From a virus (lineage: Duplodnaviria; Heunggongvirae; Uroviricota; Caudoviricetes): DNA of 7,999 nucleotides. This document shows positions 6,958 to 7,999 of the stretch, piece by piece. Location of the stretch: the IMG/VR virus record IMGVR_UViG_2684622669_000018, positions 1 to 7,999 of that record; one strand, 5' to 3'. Under the pieces are notes generated by a model, which was not told the origin of the DNA, made no database searches, and saw only the letters and a program-made list of their open reading frames with translations. Position numbers and translations under genes: made by a program. Within the stretch, counting starts at the first letter, position 1. Each line of letters begins with the position of its first letter.

Positions 6958-7042
6958 CTTTCTCCTGTTCTTTGTGCTGATTGAGCATTTCTTTCATCTG
7001 ACGAATAAATTCTTCGTCTGACCAGTTATCTGTAAAACTCAT
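6932..7042 (-). CDS. Possible small ORF (36 aa, acidic C-terminus); speculative
   Basis: ATG at 7042..7040 overlaps the kil-like TGA (7041..7039) as ATGA. Translates to MSFTDNWSDEEFIRQMKEMLNQHKEQEKDDDSDSER. The SD is weak (AGGAA abutting the ATG). It overlaps the first 26 nt of the 103-aa gene. Not in the ORF track because of its size. Confidence 0.25.
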   Translation of the reverse strand: MSFTDNWSDEEFIRQMKEMLNQHKEQEKDDDSDSER

Positions 7043-7191
7043 TTCCTGCGATACCACGGAAGGTTGATAGCTGATTTCATCGCTTTATTTGCTTCAAGCC
7101 ACATTTTTGAATCACCAATAAATCTGGCTATTACTGCTTTGTTCTGTGCTGCACGAAGCATCTGGTGATTGATGGCTATTTCATTGCGCAT
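7039..7191 (-). CDS. kil: Kil-like host-killing / FtsZ-inhibitor small protein (50 aa)
   Basis: ATG at 7191..7189 preceded by GGAGG with 4-nt spacing. Translates to MRNEIAINHQMLRAAQNKAVIARFIGDSKMWLEANKAMKSAINLPWYRRK. The FIGD-x-KM core and its position overlapping the cIII 3' end by 16 nt mirror lambda kil as recalled. Missed by the ORF track (under 60 aa). Confidence 0.5.
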   Translation of the reverse strand: MRNEIAINHQMLRAAQNKAVIARFIGDSKMWLEANKAMKSAINLPWYRRK

Positions 7192-7310
7192 AACGCCTCC
7201 AGTTGTTTCTTTGCTGCTCTGATTAATTGTTTAACTCGGCGTGATAATTCAGATTCGTGCGGGTAGAAAGCGGACATGACGCCGCTACCCGCGAGCTGAA
7301 AGTGCATCAT
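7176..7310 (-). CDS. cIII: CIII-like small protein (44 aa), putative FtsH inhibitor
   Basis: ATGATG at 7310..7305 preceded by AAGGAG with 6-nt spacing; TAG at 7178..7176. MMHFQLAGSGVMSAFYPHESELSRRVKQLIRAAKKQLEAL resembles lambda CIII (M..AIAG....PSESLLERITRKL...) as recalled, and lies immediately upstream of kil. The ORF-track ORF 7176..7415 is a 5' over-extension. Confidence 0.5.
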   Translation of the reverse strand: MMHFQLAGSGVMSAFYPHESELSRRVKQLIRAAKKQLEALCAMK

Positions 7311-7372
7311 GGGTAACTCCTTATATTTGATTGCATAACGAAAACGCCTCGAGTGAAGCGTTATTGGTATGC

Positions 7373-7400
7373 ATATAAAAAAGCCCTCACACTGGAGGGC
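7373..7400 (-). terminator. Intrinsic terminator (tL1-like position, upstream of cIII)
   Basis: On the minus-strand transcript: GCCCUC-cagugu-GAGGGC (plus 7383..7400) followed directly by UUUUUUAUAU (plus 7373..7382). Perfect 6-bp stem. Confidence 0.5.
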
Positions 7401-7462
7401 AAAGAAGATTTCCAATAATCAGAACAAGTCGGCTCCTGTTTAGTTACGAGCGACATTGCTCC

Positions 7463-7490
7463 GTGTATTCACTCGTTGGAATGAATACAC
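7463..7490. repeat. Perfect 9-bp inverted repeat with 10-nt spacer
   Basis: gtgtattca (7463..7471) and tgaatacac (7482..7490) are exact reverse complements, with spacer ctcgttggaa. No U-run follows on either strand, so this is not a terminator. Candidate protein-binding site or RNA stem-loop. Confidence 0.4.
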
Positions 7491-7517
7491 AGTGCAGTGT
7501 TTATTCTGTTGTTTGTG

Positions 7518-7545
7518 CTAAAAATAAAGGCCGACTATGCGGCCT
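7518..7545 (-). terminator. Intrinsic terminator immediately after the membrane-protein gene
   Basis: Plus strand aggccg-actatg-cggcct (7528..7545) begins 5 nt after the TGA at 7552..7550. On the minus-strand transcript the hairpin is followed by UUAUUUUUAG (plus 7518..7527). Confidence 0.5.
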
Positions 7546-7549
7546 AAAA

Positions 7550-7999
7550 TCACTTAACCAATGATGCTGCATATTCGATAAGGTAAAGCTTTGGAGCCAG
7601 CCAAATTTTCAACCAAGTCATATTGGTTACTGCACTAATAATAAAAATCCCCCACAGAATCAAAACTCCAACCAATGGAATGATAAGAAGATTAATATCA
7701 CCTTTGCTATCCCAAACCATTGTCGGCCTGTATTTGGGATTTCCCTTCTCCCATGAATATCCTTCATCACCGATTTTACCTGTCTCAACTCTTTGGCACT
7801 GCTTCTTCATAAACCAGAAAACCAGTGGGATTGTTAGAATGGCTATTAATGTTTTAATCAGACTGTCAACCATATTCCATATTAGCAACTGATGAACAAC
7901 ATCAGGAATCTGTGCCTGGCTAAATGAAACAGCCGCGTCTATTCCATCACTGGCTTTTTGCAGTAGTTCTACGAGAATCTTGTTTGCTTGTTCTTCCAT
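7550..7999 (-). CDS. Small membrane protein with two predicted TM helices (149 aa or longer; N-terminus may lie beyond the window); candidate superinfection-exclusion or moron product
   Basis: The ORF runs to the window edge; the ATG at 7999..7997 may or may not be the true start. Hydrophobic segments LIKTLIAILTIPLVFWFM and LLIIPLVGVLILWGIFIISAV. Visibly AT-rich compared with the rest of the window. Followed by its own terminator. Confidence 0.65.
   Translation of the reverse strand: MEEQANKILVELLQKASDGIDAAVSFSQAQIPDVVHQLLIWNMVDSLIKTLIAILTIPLVFWFMKKQCQRVETGKIGDEGYSWEKGNPKYRPTMVWDSKGDINLLIIPLVGVLILWGIFIISAVTNMTWLKIWLAPKLYLIEYAASLVK

Noticed and set aside
7311-7415. 5' extension of the cIII-like ORF (79-codon ORF 7176..7415)
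   Set aside because: The extension runs through the terminator hairpin at 7383..7400 and has no SD; the internal ATGATG has AAGGAG at ideal spacing.
7362-7456. 31-codon minus-strand ORF starting at ATG 7456..7454
   Set aside because: The SD abuts the ATG and the ORF spans the terminator hairpin and U-tract; most likely a chance ORF in non-coding sequence.
7463-7490. The 9-bp inverted repeat read as a third terminator
   Set aside because: No U-tract follows on either strand and the loop is AU-poor and long (10 nt); kept only as a candidate binding or processing site.
1139-7892. All plus-strand ORFs in the track (1139..1390, 1422..1607, 1665..1862, 1872..2117, 1967..2197, 2296..2598, 2321..2551, 3377..3592, 3740..3958, 4214..4396, 4397..4603, 4440..4724, 5055..5279, 5621..5965, 7623..7892)
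   Set aside because: Each lies antisense within a better-supported minus-strand gene, has no recognisable product, and would break the single leftward operon. Treated as chance ORFs.
1-7999. CRISPR array, tRNA/rRNA genes, IS/transposon ends, attP core
   Set aside because: No regularly spaced direct repeats, no tRNA-like cloverleaf seen, no transposase ORF. By lambda analogy attP would lie beyond the left edge, past the int stop at position 1.

Overview
This window reads as the left arm of a lambdoid (lambda-like) phage or prophage, with every supportable gene on the minus strand, i.e. one leftward early operon ending in xis-int. From right to left it holds: an AT-rich two-helix membrane-protein gene bracketed by two intrinsic terminators, cIII-like and kil-like small genes (absent from the ORF track), two unknown small acidic ORFs, a RecT-family annealing protein, a Gp157-family protein, a protein with two Myb/SANT-like repeats, a 177-bp gap, a 186-aa unknown protein, a Lar-like zinc-ribbon gene, an Ead/Ea22-like gene, a PD-(D/E)xK-motif nuclease-like gene, a DUF551 protein, two unknown small genes, and lambda-type xis and int. 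Int and Xis match lambda closely; the rest differs from lambda's exo-bet-gam arm, so the region is mosaic. Several ORF-track starts are non-ATG or 5' over-extended and were corrected by reading start codons and Shine-Dalgarno spacing. Four adjacent gene pairs share ATGA stop/start overlaps. No tRNA, rRNA, CRISPR array or transposase was seen. All family assignments come from motifs read by eye and recalled sequences; no database search was run. The most interesting candidates are the terminator-flanked membrane-protein gene, the acidic ORFs in the position of lambda gam, and the Lar-plus-186-aa pair.
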